Assembly (NCBI GenBank): GCA_030704615.1
Contig: CM060732.1
Span: forward strand, 43,710,001 to 43,774,000
Direction of reading: 5' to 3'
Origin: Takakia lepidozioides
Taxonomy: Eukaryota > Plantae > Bryophyta
Length of the DNA stretch: 64,000 bases
The translations under genes were made by a program, and so were the position numbers. The notes beneath the pieces were generated by a model. That model was not told the origin of the DNA and made no database searches. It saw only the letters and a program-made list of their open reading frames with translations. Shown in pieces: positions 26,301-39,814 of the stretch (position 1 is the first letter of the stretch; every line of letters starts with the position of its first letter).

Positions 26301-29300
26301 GGAGTATCTATACCTCTCCCCATACCCTATAATGAGGGGGTGGTTGTCGAGAAAGTGGAGGATGAGTAGAGCATATTCCTCAAATTTCTGGTGCAGTTAA
26401 CTATCGGGAAAAAAGTGAACTAGAACATATATGGTAAAGGGAAAAAAACTAAAACCCTTATAAGCCCGAAGGCTGCCATGACGCCTAAGTTACACAAACA
26501 GAGAACCGCGGTAGAGATTGTTTGTCTATCATTGTATATTTTTTGAGGTAAGCTAAAAGGGACCGAGTCGTCGCCGAACAAATAACCATGACAGGAGGCC
26601 ACAACAGGCTTACAACCTGGTAGTAAACCAATTTGTAAGCCTTCCCAGATTTTTACACCATCCATTGAGGAACCCACCAACTGTTATCCATGTCATCAAA
26701 GCAAAGGAAGTTTATTGTTGTAGTGTTGACTATCCTACCTTCCCCCATCTACTCATCTAAAAAGAGGCGTCTCCACAAGGACCCCTGAGCTCATATTCTG
26801 AAGAAACAAAGATAAAAACAAAAACAAAAACAAAAACATATAATAATAATAATAATATTTTTTGGATAATAATAATAACCTTTAGGAACAGAGCCATGGA
26901 AAAAAAAAAAAAAAAAAGAGCCATGAGGCTTGCACATTCTACAGCATAATCCACCTTCGGGATTTCTCAAATGCATGTTTCTCAAGGTCGGGTATATGAT
27001 GTAACAAAGAAAGTGGTCGGATCGGACCGGATTTATGATTGACAAGAACGAAGTGATCATAGGAAGAAAAAAAGCAAAGACTAAATTGTTCAAATATTTT
27101 TCTGATTAAAAAAAGAACAAAAGTGACAATTGTTTGTCTATATTGACTCAGGCTATTTTATTGAGGTATCTTACTGTATGTATTATAGATAGGTATCTAG
27201 GTTTTGGCCGTAGATCTGGCACTTGCGCCAGACACATGGCAGGCGGACGCAAGGGCATGTGGATATATGTATGGGCATAGGAGCATGGGGTGGGGCCCAT
27301 GTATGTACCATGGGCCAGCGCATGGGGCATGCCCATTGAAGGCAGCGTACGGGACGTAACCGACCACCGTCCCCAGACGGACGGCGTCGGCGACCTTGCC
27401 GGCGGTTACTGCTCGACGCCGCGTCACGCGGCACCTGAGCTATCGCCAACCGGAAAATCCCGACGGTCCCCGGTGGCGAAACTCGGGGGTCAGACCGCAC
27501 GGGCTCACGGGTTGAGGCACGGTTAGTGAGTGGCGAAGGTACTAACGGAACGGCCCCACTCGCTTGGCAAGTTACTAACAGCCCCCCCAGTCACTGAAAC
27601 GGTACCCTGCTCTTCTTGTGAAGGGGCCTGCTGACGTGGATTATCATCACAACCTAGATACCCCCCCCCCTTAACAAATCAACACACTATGATATTATGT
27701 TAATTTTACCGTTCGGACTCATCAAACAAAAGTGTGAACATTGCACGGCCGGGGCCGCAAACAATGGGTCTTAAGCCTCAATCCAACAAATGCGGGGGTC
27801 GAATAAATGACACGGAAAACACTCTCTACACTTATCTATTGGTCTTTTATTTTTCTCGATGGTCCGGCGTTTCGATGCGGTGTTTACGCCGTCGGTGTTG
27901 CACAATCCGATTAGTGGGAATGTAAGATTGACGATGATGGTCATATGGAGTACCGTTACCGGACACTTGGGGGTGGGGGTAGTGTACTTGAGGAGTTGAT
28001 AATAGAGAGTCAACAGTTGTACCCCCATATTTGAAGTACCCCTTGTCCTCTGCACCCCCACAAGCAAAAATGGTCCACAATCATCGTCATTGTTTCCTAT
28101 TCGATACTGACTAGGACTGCCAAGCTTTTGACTCATGTATGACGCTCCACAGCCCAAGCCCAGGACGGTGTGGCGGTAGGTCCAGTCAGGTTTGGAAGGT
28201 GGGTTTTGAGCCTTCCTACCATGCCTGCTTCATGCAGCCTCATATTGTACTGCTCCCTTCTTCTCTTCTTCACTTTTCTTTTTTGAAGAGGACCTCTGAA
28301 ATTTGATTGAAGATAGTGACTATCTCTCACTAGTGTTCTTTCGCTTTGTCTTTCTTTCGTTTGGTTACTCCTCTTGTAAGCCTCACAAAGTTCCCCAACT
28401 GAAAGAGAGACCCTCTCATGCCCGACCCACTCCCCACACTCGGATGTTACCATTTGTGTAGCTTTTAGATGATTCTTACAGTATCTCTTAACCGCTAATG
28501 TTCATGACCCAAGGTCACTTTTTTTGCCGTATCGTTGCAAAGCCCTTGATCTATGGAACTGAACCACTGAATTATGTTGCTAACTACAACTGCTCTTGAA
28601 CATAAAATTTCAGGGAGATTCACACGTGGACTTCAAAATAGTAAGTATAGTTTTGTGAGCTGTAACTTGGAGTTTAACTTTGTTATAGGCCCTAAAAAAT
28701 TCACAACCCCCAAGAAAATTTCCTAAATGGAAATCCCATCATATAAAATTCACATAGAATCTGATTATCATGTTTTCCACCTATCCTTAGAATTTCAGAA
28801 TTTTTGGGCAAGTTCTTGGGATGTCTCCTTTGCAGTTGTGATCTACAAATTGCCATCTTAGGCATGTGGTCATCCTTCTCATATAAAAACAATGAAAACA
28901 ATGTTTTTGATCTACATAATGTTTGCGGTGAAAAGGTTGTCTCCTAGATGGGAACTTTGGACTAAAATGTGCATAAATTGTAAAGAACCATAGTTATTGG
29001 GGTTGCCCCTTCTCAATCTCCAATTTCATAGCAGCCCTTTGTTTGTGGGGGCTCGTCCACCAATAACCCCTGTGAGTGAGGTCGGGTTACCTCACCCCTT
29101 GCCTACCTGTGACACCTTGGCATGGCGTGCCAAGCAGGAGTACCCGCTAGCTCTGGCAACCCACGTTGAGGCATGGGGCACAAAATCTCTCATTATATTT
29201 TGATGTTGTTTGGACTTTGAGCAGCCATAACTTTGTCCCATTTTGATTAACGAAGCTCGTTGCGCGAGTAGGTGGTGTTGGAAAGTCCTCAATTGGGATT

Positions 29301-29419
29301 AGAATTTTCTTGTTAAGGTTCTTCAGTCAAACCTACATTCAAGGAGTTATAAAAAGGTGCAACCTAGAACGGGTTGTGTAGGTCATTAGGGGATTGAGAT
29401 GGTTGGTACCAATGTTGAC

Positions 29420-32400
29420 AAGATCACATCCGGATCTCTATCCAAGTCACAAGACCTAATCTGCCATATCTCAAAAATCTACGAACCTACTAGAGATTTG
29501 TGCATACACGACTCAACATTGGACGCAACTTGCCTCGAAAAAGATGCAAACCTAGGTGCAACTTGGGTCATGGCGCCTCAATGCATTCATGCATCGGTTT
29601 CAATTCAACTCAACTTATACACATACAAAACTAGAAAGATTCAATAAATGGGCATCAATGGAACTAAGCTTACATAAATGTGCTATCGCGACGATCAGCC
29701 ATCATACCAAATACAACACACAAACCCTATCAAGAATACTGAATAACATTGTTTTATACAAAAAAACTCCTCTCACAAGCATCTGCCCTATTGAATTCGC
29801 TAGCCACAATGCGCCAAAAGTTATTTATTCTCGACACAGTACTCAACTTCTATACAATATTCTTTTCATGCGGCGTCATTCTCTATCCGGACATAAACAC
29901 ACTAGATAGAATCATTATACGACTATCCAAACAAATATGTGATCTTTCAAAAGGCTCAAATAACACCCCCAATGCACTAGTACAACTACCCCGGAGCCTC
30001 TATGATATTGGTACTACAACCTTTGTTGTGGCCTACACCAGAACGTTGGGAACGCAGCTGCATGAAGCTCTAAATGATGTTGGTAAACTGAGGAATATTT
30101 ATCAATGACTCCTTAAGCATGTTGCCTCTTTCAATTTTGTGGCTTAGCAAATTTACCAGCTATCAACCCCATTGCATGCACTCGCTCCCCAATCACAAGG
30201 ACTCTCTTGATACTCAAGCATATGCATATTACTCTGGACACTGCTACCCACAATTCAGCTTCATTGTACATCCCTAGAAAATGCTTGGGACACAAACCCA
30301 TAAATTCATCTCTTCAACCCTGGCAACATATCCCATAAATAAACCACTCTAAAATTCTTTATGCAATTTAACATCACCACATTCAGACAACTTACATATG
30401 CTAATGGCACTAGACTTATTGACCCACATGTTTTTCAACTAAAATACCCCAAACCACCATCACGCTCCCAACATATTAGTTTGCAACACCTCCAAATACT
30501 ATTATGTTTTCCCACCCCTGCATGCCTAACACACACATGTCCAAGACAATGTAATTCATCGCCCCACCATCCGTATGAGCTGCTCCCTCAATATTCATCG
30601 AGACCTACACAAAACCAAATCCAATCACTATTTCATGGCTCCATGGAGCCACATGTGTCAAAACTCTGTATAATTGTCAATGGAAGGGAACAACTCCCAA
30701 ACAATATACCACCCGGGAAAACAATGATCATCTTTTTAGCACCCATGGAAACCCCAATCTTCACCATAATATTCAAATGGTTACCGAACACCACCGATGG
30801 ATCAATATCCACTACTTGTCGCATATTCATACCCAACACACAGACGAACCACAAACTAACGATAGACGCTTCATTAGTCCGCCAAGAATATAATCCCAAA
30901 TCTGCACATCTCTATAGCGGAATGTAACTCAGATAAAGACATTATGAAATCTCAACCCCACATTCACACTTATCAAAATAACTTGGCGCAAAATATGGAC
31001 CACTAGGGTACTACATTGATAGCATAACCCTCCAAAGATTGGAGTGGTTATGGGAAAGGTTTCATTCCAACCCACTCCACTTGACAAACCCACATATGCC
31101 GTCAACATTTGCAATATACGTCTCCAGACTCATCCAGCGCTACGCACAAGACCTACCACAAAAAACCCCAACAACTCAAACAAACTTTCACATGCTGCAC
31201 ACTCCTATTCAACTTTCCCCGCGCTCCTTCTAGATCACTTCCTCACCACGGAGCTACAACTCACTCACTCATACTACTCTAACCCTCTCACATGCCTACT
31301 GGGTTTGTCTACTTATTGCAGTTTATATGACATTGATCAACATTTCGGATCCCTAGGGACTGCAAGGTCCCACCAGTGGCAGGGGCAAGGATTTGCACAC
31401 CCTCCCAACGCTGCTGCCGCTACTAATGCGCTTCATTGGGCATGCATTGCTGCACATATGTCTCCAGAGTCATTCACCATCTTATTTATTCCTAATACTA
31501 ACCATACCAACTCTAAACACCCAATACTAAGCGACCCCCCTAGAATATTTACGTCAGCTACATTTGAAGCTCACTCGATCATTTATCAACCCCCACCACC
31601 GTGGCACAATTACATGAAATACACAGAATCGTTACTAACTAAACTGGTATGTGTACACCACTTACAAAATCCTCAAATACCTACCACTTTCCACCATCAA
31701 TTAGACCGGATTCTAAAAAAGTTATTTGGTCACACAGCCACGGTCCACGTGCCCACTCAGACACCCAACACATACCCCCGGAACAACCCGGACAAACCAT
31801 GGAGACATGTGACCCCCAGGGCTCTCTGGGCTGCGAGACAAAAAACCTTTGTTATACCACTTCCAAATTTCACGGAACCAACAACCTTGAAATTCCCACC
31901 ACAAAAATGCTTATATATGGATAGCTCCTAAAAGAGGCCCAGGTGGGTTATGGCATGTACTTGGTTGGCACCAACTCCATTGACATATAGCCATCTCCCT
32001 GGTCGCCAAAATATCTTGCGAATAGAGCTTATGGCTATACATGATGCCCTGAAATCTCTCCCCTACCAATCTACTTCAACATACTATTTATTTATAGACA
32101 ATTAGCTTGGTCTCCCTATACCTTCTCACCAACCAAATCTGAAAGTCATCTTTACAGATCCATCATCATAATATTACACTTATGAAAATAATTGTCGATG
32201 TTGTATCCTCTTTACCGCTGCAAATCCATATATATAAAGTTCCGATCTCATATAGATATAACAGGTAATGACATAGCAGACCAGCTGACTCAACTTGGTA
32301 TCATTCAACCAATCACCAACCCCTCGACCAACCCTATCCATCGGTTGCACACATACCCGTTTTGGCTCATATCAACAAAGGGCTAGATTCCCGACCAGAG

Positions 32401-33346
32401 CACCTACACGGAACTTGCACACGTACATTCAACGTGAACCAAATAACTCATACAGGAATCCCGCACCTACACAAATTCCTACATATCTAAGTGGGTCTCG
32501 TCCCCCCATCTGCTACATAGTATGTCCAATCATTTTTGGACATCCCCCGGGGTTGCTGATGCACAAATCAGACAAACTCTGAAATTTCGGTATGGTTAAT
32601 ACATGGGCAATCAACGTCGTAACTTGTTCTTGCCATTATTATACCCTAATAAACACTGCATGTTGTGTTCTGCCCAAAATTCCCAAATAGACACATAGCA
32701 ACACTTATTTCTCCACTGCAACTACTCCACAATTCATGGGCTTCAGGTAACTAGACATAACCAAGGGTTAGACAACTCACAAAATTCTCACTTCACATCC
32801 AAAAATCGAGATGGTTTAACCTCATCAATGCAGTCACGTCCCAAGGTTGTCCACCGAACCCCCATGGCTACTACTGTGTGTATGTTCCCATGGACACTCA
32901 TGCCTTTGCCCGGCAAGGCTATGCCCAAATATTTTGCTAGTTCAAGGACTTCATGTATTGGCATTAATGCCGCCGACGTAACCGTTTCTATTTCTTAAAA
33001 TGCATTTTTTGGAATTCACATTCTGCCATGACACCGTCATTGAGGCTGGAACACGACACCTCTGACCGTCATCTCCGCGGGTGTTAGGGTGGTGCTCTAC
33101 CCATAATATCCAAGGTTTGAAAGATAATCTCAACCTACCACCCAAATACACTAGTTACGCCTCTACTACGTACTAACTACTTCAAAGCTATTACATTGCT
33201 CACATCCCTAATCCTCAATAAACGTAAGATTGAAAGTGGCTAGTCACGGTGTGACAGGTTACGGTGCGGATAGAGCCCATCCCTGAAAGAGGGTAGTACC
33301 CGCAAGGGGAAAAGACTTTTATTGACGCTAGCTTCAATTGGCGTCG
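29420..33346 (+). mobile_element. Degenerate Dualen/RandI-type non-LTR retrotransposon (RT C-terminus, methyltransferase-like domain, RNase H, CCHC + restriction-like endonuclease, structured 3' UTR)
   Basis: KLERFNKWASMELSLHKCA; ALNDVGKL; ECNSDKDI; YYSNPLTC..YCS..D.HFGSLG..WQG.GFAHPP; RNase H YMDSS..ILRIELMAIHDAL..KFRSHIDITGNDIADQL; LKFRYG*YMGN..CMLC..HLFLHC..RHNQ; PNILLVQG..FLEFTFCHD. Stop TAG 33241-33243, then (TA)n(CA)n tail. Confidence 0.8.
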
Positions 33347-33944
33347 TATATATATATATACACACACATACATACAAAAAATGTTGTTCTAATATTGGAT
33401 TTTGTTCATGCGAGTCGAGGTGCTCACATCACACTTTAACAATGTTCAATAATTAAAGAGGTTAATCATGAATTGTCAGCTTCAATAACAAAACCATTGT
33501 TCATAGAGTTCACATTCAATTCTTGAAATGGAATTGGAATGATTTATTTCAATAGTTGAAATGACCCATTTAATTAATTAATTATAAATATTGTGGCCTG
33601 ATGGTTTTTTTTTGGGTAGAAAGTGTTGAAATCCACAAATTTGGGTTTTTAAGAAAATAATAATTTCCAAACAATATCTACAAATTGCTAGAAGTTGAAA
33701 ACCAAACCAAGTTGGCTCTAACTAGTGGCGAGATCCAAATTGGATGAGTCTCTTCAACAACAAACTGTTTCAAAACTCTACCTACCAGGGTTTCTAAAAT
33801 AAAGAAACCCACACAACATTGATTAGTACAATCAATGCAAAATATAAGTTGACCAAAGCATATCTATAAACCATCTAGAAAAAACAGGGACAAATTGGAT
33901 TGTAATTGCACAACCCCTACACATCTATGTTATGCATATTAACT

Positions 33945-34577
33945 GAGATATTTCATCTAAATTTATATGGTGTAAGGTTTCTAACTACAATAGGTATGTG
34001 TACCAACTATTAGATTGCAAAAACGATCATATGGACTTTTAAAGTTGATTACTATGGACTGCAAATGTTACGACATAAAATCTTATGAACATCATCTACA
34101 CTCATGTATAATGGCACAAAGGAAAACATACTAGAGGTGCCCATTTTAAAACCAATCCAAATCCACTTTTATATGGACTAGTTACCTTAGGAATTGAGAG
34201 CTATGGGCTATTTTACACCTAAAAACATGTTGATTCGCACTAGTCCATATCATCTTGTGTTTTGGGTTTTTGGGATATCTCTTTACTAAAGACATACAAA
34301 CCTAGTATAAATGGTCGGGTGGTATATGGATAAACGGTTGTAAACTCTAAGTTTTGACATCTAAATATTTTTTCAAATTAAAGATTAAAATATCAGGTTA
34401 ACAATGTCTTCAATATTTGGGGAAAGTTGAAACTCTTTACTGAAAATGTTACTTGTACTACCATCTTTTTTTTTTTAAATAAATTAAAAAATAGGACTAT
34501 TTTTTTTTTTTTTTTTTATGGACTTCCAATGGACTCAACATCTGCCGCTTTTGGTTCACCTATTCGTGCATCTGCCC
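33945..34577. mobile_element. Partial second copy of the 2581-3333 MITE family
   Basis: Collinear similarity to ~2675-3333 (ATTTCATCTAAATTTATATGGTGTA.GGTTTCTAACTACAATAGGTATG...GGACTCAACAT.TGCCGCTTTTG); right TIR retained. Confidence 0.8.
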
Positions 34578-36762
34578 CCTCGTACCACCTCTGCACACTC
34601 TAGAAATTTCCAAATTATGCTATCACCACCAAGTGACTCTCACATGCAGTAGTCATTTCTCTTCTACATCCAATAGCCGTCTAGGCCGACATGCAATGGC
34701 CGTGTAGGGCCTACATGCAATTTGTGGGGCCCCCCCGCATGCTGGGACCACTTAAAATCAGACATCATATACATGTTTCATGGGGTTTGGCTAATTTTAC
34801 TTTTGAAAGTATTGGAGGTACATATTAGCTTCATCATGGAATGTCCATAAGTCGATGTTCATGTGGTCAACCTTTCCTCTTCTCCTGTGCTTACTAAACT
34901 AGTAATTAGCAATTGAGCCATTTCTACTAACTCCATAACATAGAGATGCAAGTAACAAACCGTCTCTCTGGGACCTAACTAAGAATATCTCCATCATCCA
35001 CACTAAATAGCCCAACAACAGTAAAGTACGGATAGTGGGGAAAAGACAAAAGACATCCCCTTTGGTGGGCCTACACTTCGAATTTTCTGCAAGCCCCGCC
35101 AAAAAACCTTCATGGAACCCGGTACGCATTGTTGGAGTGTGGGCTCCACCAAATTCTAGCGACCATGGTGTCAGGGATATCGGCATCCAACACGTAAAAT
35201 AACATGTGCAACACAGCTAGTGACAAACACGTGGCATCTGTCCAAGGAGCAATGTTATGCAAGGGACAATTTAATGGGGACGGGTGGGCCAAAACTATGG
35301 TGATCTGATATTTGTCCATTCGAGGGACCCGCCAAGTGGGCTGCCACAACCTCAAATTGCGGGGCACATTTAGAGGCCACCGTTGGAGATGCTCTTAAGG
35401 GCATGACCAGCAGAGTCTCATGAAACATGCACAAAACCGTCAACTGAGGGGGTCTTTTGCTGATCAGACAATAATGTGGCCAACTTGCCATTTGCCCCAG
35501 CAGCAACTTGCGGACGCACGCCATCTGGCACGGTTATCGGTAGTAGCTTCACTTCCACCATAGCCTGGAAATGCCACTTGCACTCTTTTCCAGGCAGAGG
35601 CGAGGAGGGACTGCCACGTGGGCTCTTCCCCATGTAGAGGCGAGAAGGGACTGCCAGTCCATCGGACAACCTAACCGTTGCCCTAAGATAATGTGCGACT
35701 ATCAGGGTCAGCAATCAGGGTCAGCAAATGAGCAGTAGATGCAGCAGGAAAGAGGATAAATTTAAGCGGGGACGGGGGCTTAAAGAGCCTCGCGGTGCTG
35801 GTGCTCATAGGTCAAATCTACCATCTCATGTGACTGCCCCTGCAACATCGAGGAACAAGTTCATAGAGCCAAGTTCCATGGGCACTCCAATCACACTCCC
35901 AATCACCCTCCCAAGGAATCGCCTCAAGAAAAGCAATGCCTTCCAAAACATGAAAGGGTGGTTTCATGGAGACCCTTACAATCGCCTCTCTTGAAAATGT
36001 GTCAGCTTTTTGATTGCCCTTCTTTACAACAACAATCTTCCATGAGGCTATGGGCCAATACCGGGAAAAACCCCAAACTATTATGATATGGGCCCGCAAA
36101 ACTCGCCCGTATCTTCGTGAAGGGATGTGTTTTCTGCAATCCAACGGAAATGATTATGTAGGGGTCCCCTCAAGAATACCATATTTAGACCAATGGGGTT
36201 GCTTTAAACCTGGGGGTGGTTTAATGGGGGTGCTTCGATCTTATGAGATTAATTAATTTGTATATTGTTCCGAACTCCTATAAGAAAATGACTCATTTTT
36301 CGGCGTCTATTAGGTCTTAAATCATTTCTCTTCCTCAAATATACCATTCGATCATTGGTGGAATTTATTATGGGTGAGCGTGCAAATAACAGATATTGTC
36401 ATGTTGACATTAAATTAACTTAAAAGAAAACAATTTTTTGGAATCTCTTATGCTATGTGTGGATTTTGCAGATAATTACTTTTTTCCCCCTTTATCCAAC
36501 ATGTTTTTGGACTAACACCTGGCTTAGTATAGCGAGGCTTAATCAAATATCATTTTAAATCAATTATTGGGTCATTTAATAGTTGCATTAATCTCAAGCA
36601 TCATTACAACAATTTTTTAAACACAACTTTCCTTAGATAGATTTGATCACCCAGTGAATGCAACTACCATTGATTTGCCAACTTCCAAATCAAAAATACT
36701 AAGACCTCTAAGGTTATTCAAACCTAGCTCTAATATCAAAGAGTGAAGCAATGTATTGACAA

Positions 36763-37041
36763 CAGTGTTTTTCTTTCTGGCGAAAAATCGCCAGATTTTG
36801 ACCTGGAAACTTGGTCAGCTACTTGTACAAAGGAATTATGGGGGGGTAAAATCAGAGATTTTCGCCAAAAAGCACCAGGAGATAAATTTCAAGAGCCTAA
36901 TCTTTCCGAGGTGGACCAATGAAAACATGACACCTGGAATATTGCCACTTTTCTAGTTTTGTCAGCTCGCCACATGGGCATTGCGTGGAATTCACAGGTG
37001 GCCCCACCAGCGATATTGGAAATATGAGAAAAAAAACACTG
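36763..37041. mobile_element. hAT-type MITE
   Basis: TIRs CAGTGTTTTT / AAAAACACTG with a perfect 8-bp TSD ATTGACAA (36755-36762, 37042-37049). Confidence 0.9.
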
Positions 37042-38792
37042 ATTGACAAGGAAGATAAGAGATAGAGATAATACGAGGTTTACAAGTGAGACCATCATTG
37101 TGCCCTAAGTCAAGTGACCAAGGGAACTATGTATTTCATCTTGTGCATTAAGAGATGGGGGTTAAAAAAGATAGCTTTCTTTGCAACTACATCATACTAA
37201 AACAATATTAAGGAAACCACCACTGTTGGACCGGTATATAGGTCCAACCCGGATAGGTAAGATCATACCCGGCTAATTGTATACAAAGCTAGTAGAATGC
37301 ATAAATAAAAAAAGCTACCTTTGGAGAGATAAGAAGCTAGCTTAATTCTGATTACACACACGGCGGTAGGTCCGTTATTTCAGCCGAATTTTGTGTTACA
37401 AGGTATGCCTTTACATCTCTACCCAAATCATCAGATAACTGATCAAGAGGTTTTTCACCCCGAAAGCCCCTCCCAGGCCAACGTCCAAGTAGGTAGGGTG
37501 GCCAATACCCGGGCAATACCATACTATGGGCAATATATACCTCGCTCCATATTGTAGTATATACCATACCCGTCTGGTATTTTGATGGACAAGATTGATA
37601 TTGATACCAATATTGCTGCTGTGTGAGCCTCCAAAGGGCACAATAGGTGAATGTGTGGAGTTACAACCAAGTTGTAACCCAGTGGTCATGGGCACATACC
37701 ACCTCGGAAGTGGTTGTGGGTTCAATCCACCAATTGGTGTCACAAAAGGTGTCCACCTTCCTAGCAGAAGGCAACAAAGGTGTCCACCCCATGAATGACG
37801 TCTCTGTCAACCCCATGAGGGTAGGATACGCGGGTAGGGATTGCGTCCTCTTTAGCCTACGAACTAGACAACTTTTCCCTCGTTGGAACAAAGTTTCGAC
37901 CTTCATGGATTCCCGTAGCTCCTCGTGAGCCCTCTGGTAGGTACACGACCACCTGGTCTTCTCTTTGCGCAACTTCTATATGTTGCCGTTGCGTTCGCCA
38001 GAAGAGGTCATTATCATACTTAGGGGCCTTGGGCAGGTGGCAGCGCGGCTCCATAGCTGCTCGTATTTCACCTCCATTAGGCAGTAGAACCGTAGAACGT
38101 AATGTTATATGCACTCTGTACTAGCATTCTTTCAGCAGCACTGCGGTATGTACCAACTTGGACATGGCATAGAACCTTGGAACCACAGGGGGTTTGTCAC
38201 AAAGACAAGCCTCCAATAGCAATGGGCTCTCTTGCTTTGGCAAAACATAAGGGAGGGGTGAGAGTAAGGGGCATGACTCAACACAACACACCAATTAGAG
38301 CCTTGACACGGTGTAAGTGCCTTTGACCTCATTTTCTCCGTTGATTTGAACATGATGCACAGTCTCTGAGGAAAAGCCAATACATAAGAGAGCAAAATGA
38401 AACTTGTTATTGTAGGCCCTTTCCATTCTTCTTGTTTTTCTCTTGTATCTTCTCTTTCATCTAAGTTTTGTTGGTGAGTCTTTCATCTAATCTTATTTCG
38501 GGTTGTGAATTTACGTCAACATTTTGACATCTGTTTTTTAATTTATTATCATAAATGTTCCAGAGCCGTGACTACTGCCAGTCAATTACATGTCAGATAT
38601 GTACCCCAAGTAACAAAATTACATATTAAGAAAATTAAGATTAGTAGCAGGACTGAGCCTCTACATATTTTGTTGTATTTCTTTTTTATTGGCTCCTTTT
38701 TATTTTAAAGAGGAGACCACGCATCAGTGTCAAAAATCGGTAAGTCTGTGTTGTGGGCCTTTCCCAAGTGTCACTTCCTCTCCTTTGCGCAT

Positions 38793-38960
38793 TTGAGCAG
38801 GTAGCCCAATGGTTGTGTGTTTGTGCCTTGCCTGTGTATGACCTAGGTGGTCCTGGGTTCAATCCTTCAACATGTTCCTTCAGACCGTCCATTGGGCCCT
38901 CGATGGCCTGTGTGTGGAGCAGTAGGCTCTGTAAATTCATTGGACATTAAATTTTTTTTT
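38793..38960 (+). mobile_element. tRNA-derived SINE candidate
   Basis: Pol III A box TAGCCCAATGG (~38800) and B box GGTTCAATCC (~38856); no cloverleaf; ends in a T-run. Confidence 0.5.
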
Positions 38961-39814
38961 TTATCTTATCTTATCCTTTGCTGAAAACTACTTCCATGAT
39001 GTGACTTCTCCAAATAACACCTCCCCAGGGTAACATTTTTGATATTGAACAACTTATGAGAAATAAGTGGATGATTTTTGAAGTTTAGTATGGATGGAAG
39101 TAGATTCCACTATTCACAAAGAGGAGCCATACGCGACTAGCCGCTTGTTTGTAATGAGGACAGTTAAAAAAATCAAATTGTTTGCAAGGAAAATCCTAGC
39201 TCACTAGTATACTAGTAGTAGTCCAGTCAAATTATTTATAATAGATTATAATGACCATTTATTGTCTTTTACGCGATGACATACAGAGCGAAGACAACAT
39301 TCATCCATGCGATGCGGCAACGAGGCTCTGCCGCCACGTGGCCACTGTGGCGGGGCCTGCCGGATCCCGCGCCCACGTGTGCCGAGACCTTCACGACTTT
39401 TCAGGCGGCGGTGCGTCATCCATCCACTGAAATAAGAGTTCATCCCAGTATGCAGGTATTAATCCATCCACCGTAACGTCATGCATCCTGAGCGGCTGCC
39501 ACAAGCCGCTGGTTGGGTGGGTGATGGATGAAAGTTATTGCGGTGCCTGAAATACCGGCACGAAATACGGCGGTTAGGTGGACGGGAATGGATGAATGAA
39601 AGGTGGTGGGGGTCAACGTGGGGTACGCATCCATCCACCTAAACAGCACGGCTGCATGTCATCGCCAACAGCCGAGTCGCACTGACACGCCGGTCTGCAG
39701 GTATTCATGGCCGCAGTGGATCGATCCAGGGAATCCGAGGATCCATGGCCCCCTCCTGCTCGCATTCATGGATTCCTCACCTTCATCAATTCTCAAGTAC
39801 GTAGCCGAGCAGGG

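Noticed and set aside
28040-28110. Ulp1-like protease motif (NDDDCGPF) on the minus strand
   Set aside because: Only a short motif with no upstream His/Asp context, and on the opposite strand to the Dualen ORF.
28499-29420. Solo LTR (TG...CA) upstream of the Dualen RT fragment
   Set aside because: Plausible termini but no matching TSD and no second copy in the window.
38793-38875. tRNA gene (also considered at 55735-55803)
   Set aside because: A and B boxes only; acceptor and anticodon stems do not form, so called SINE heads.
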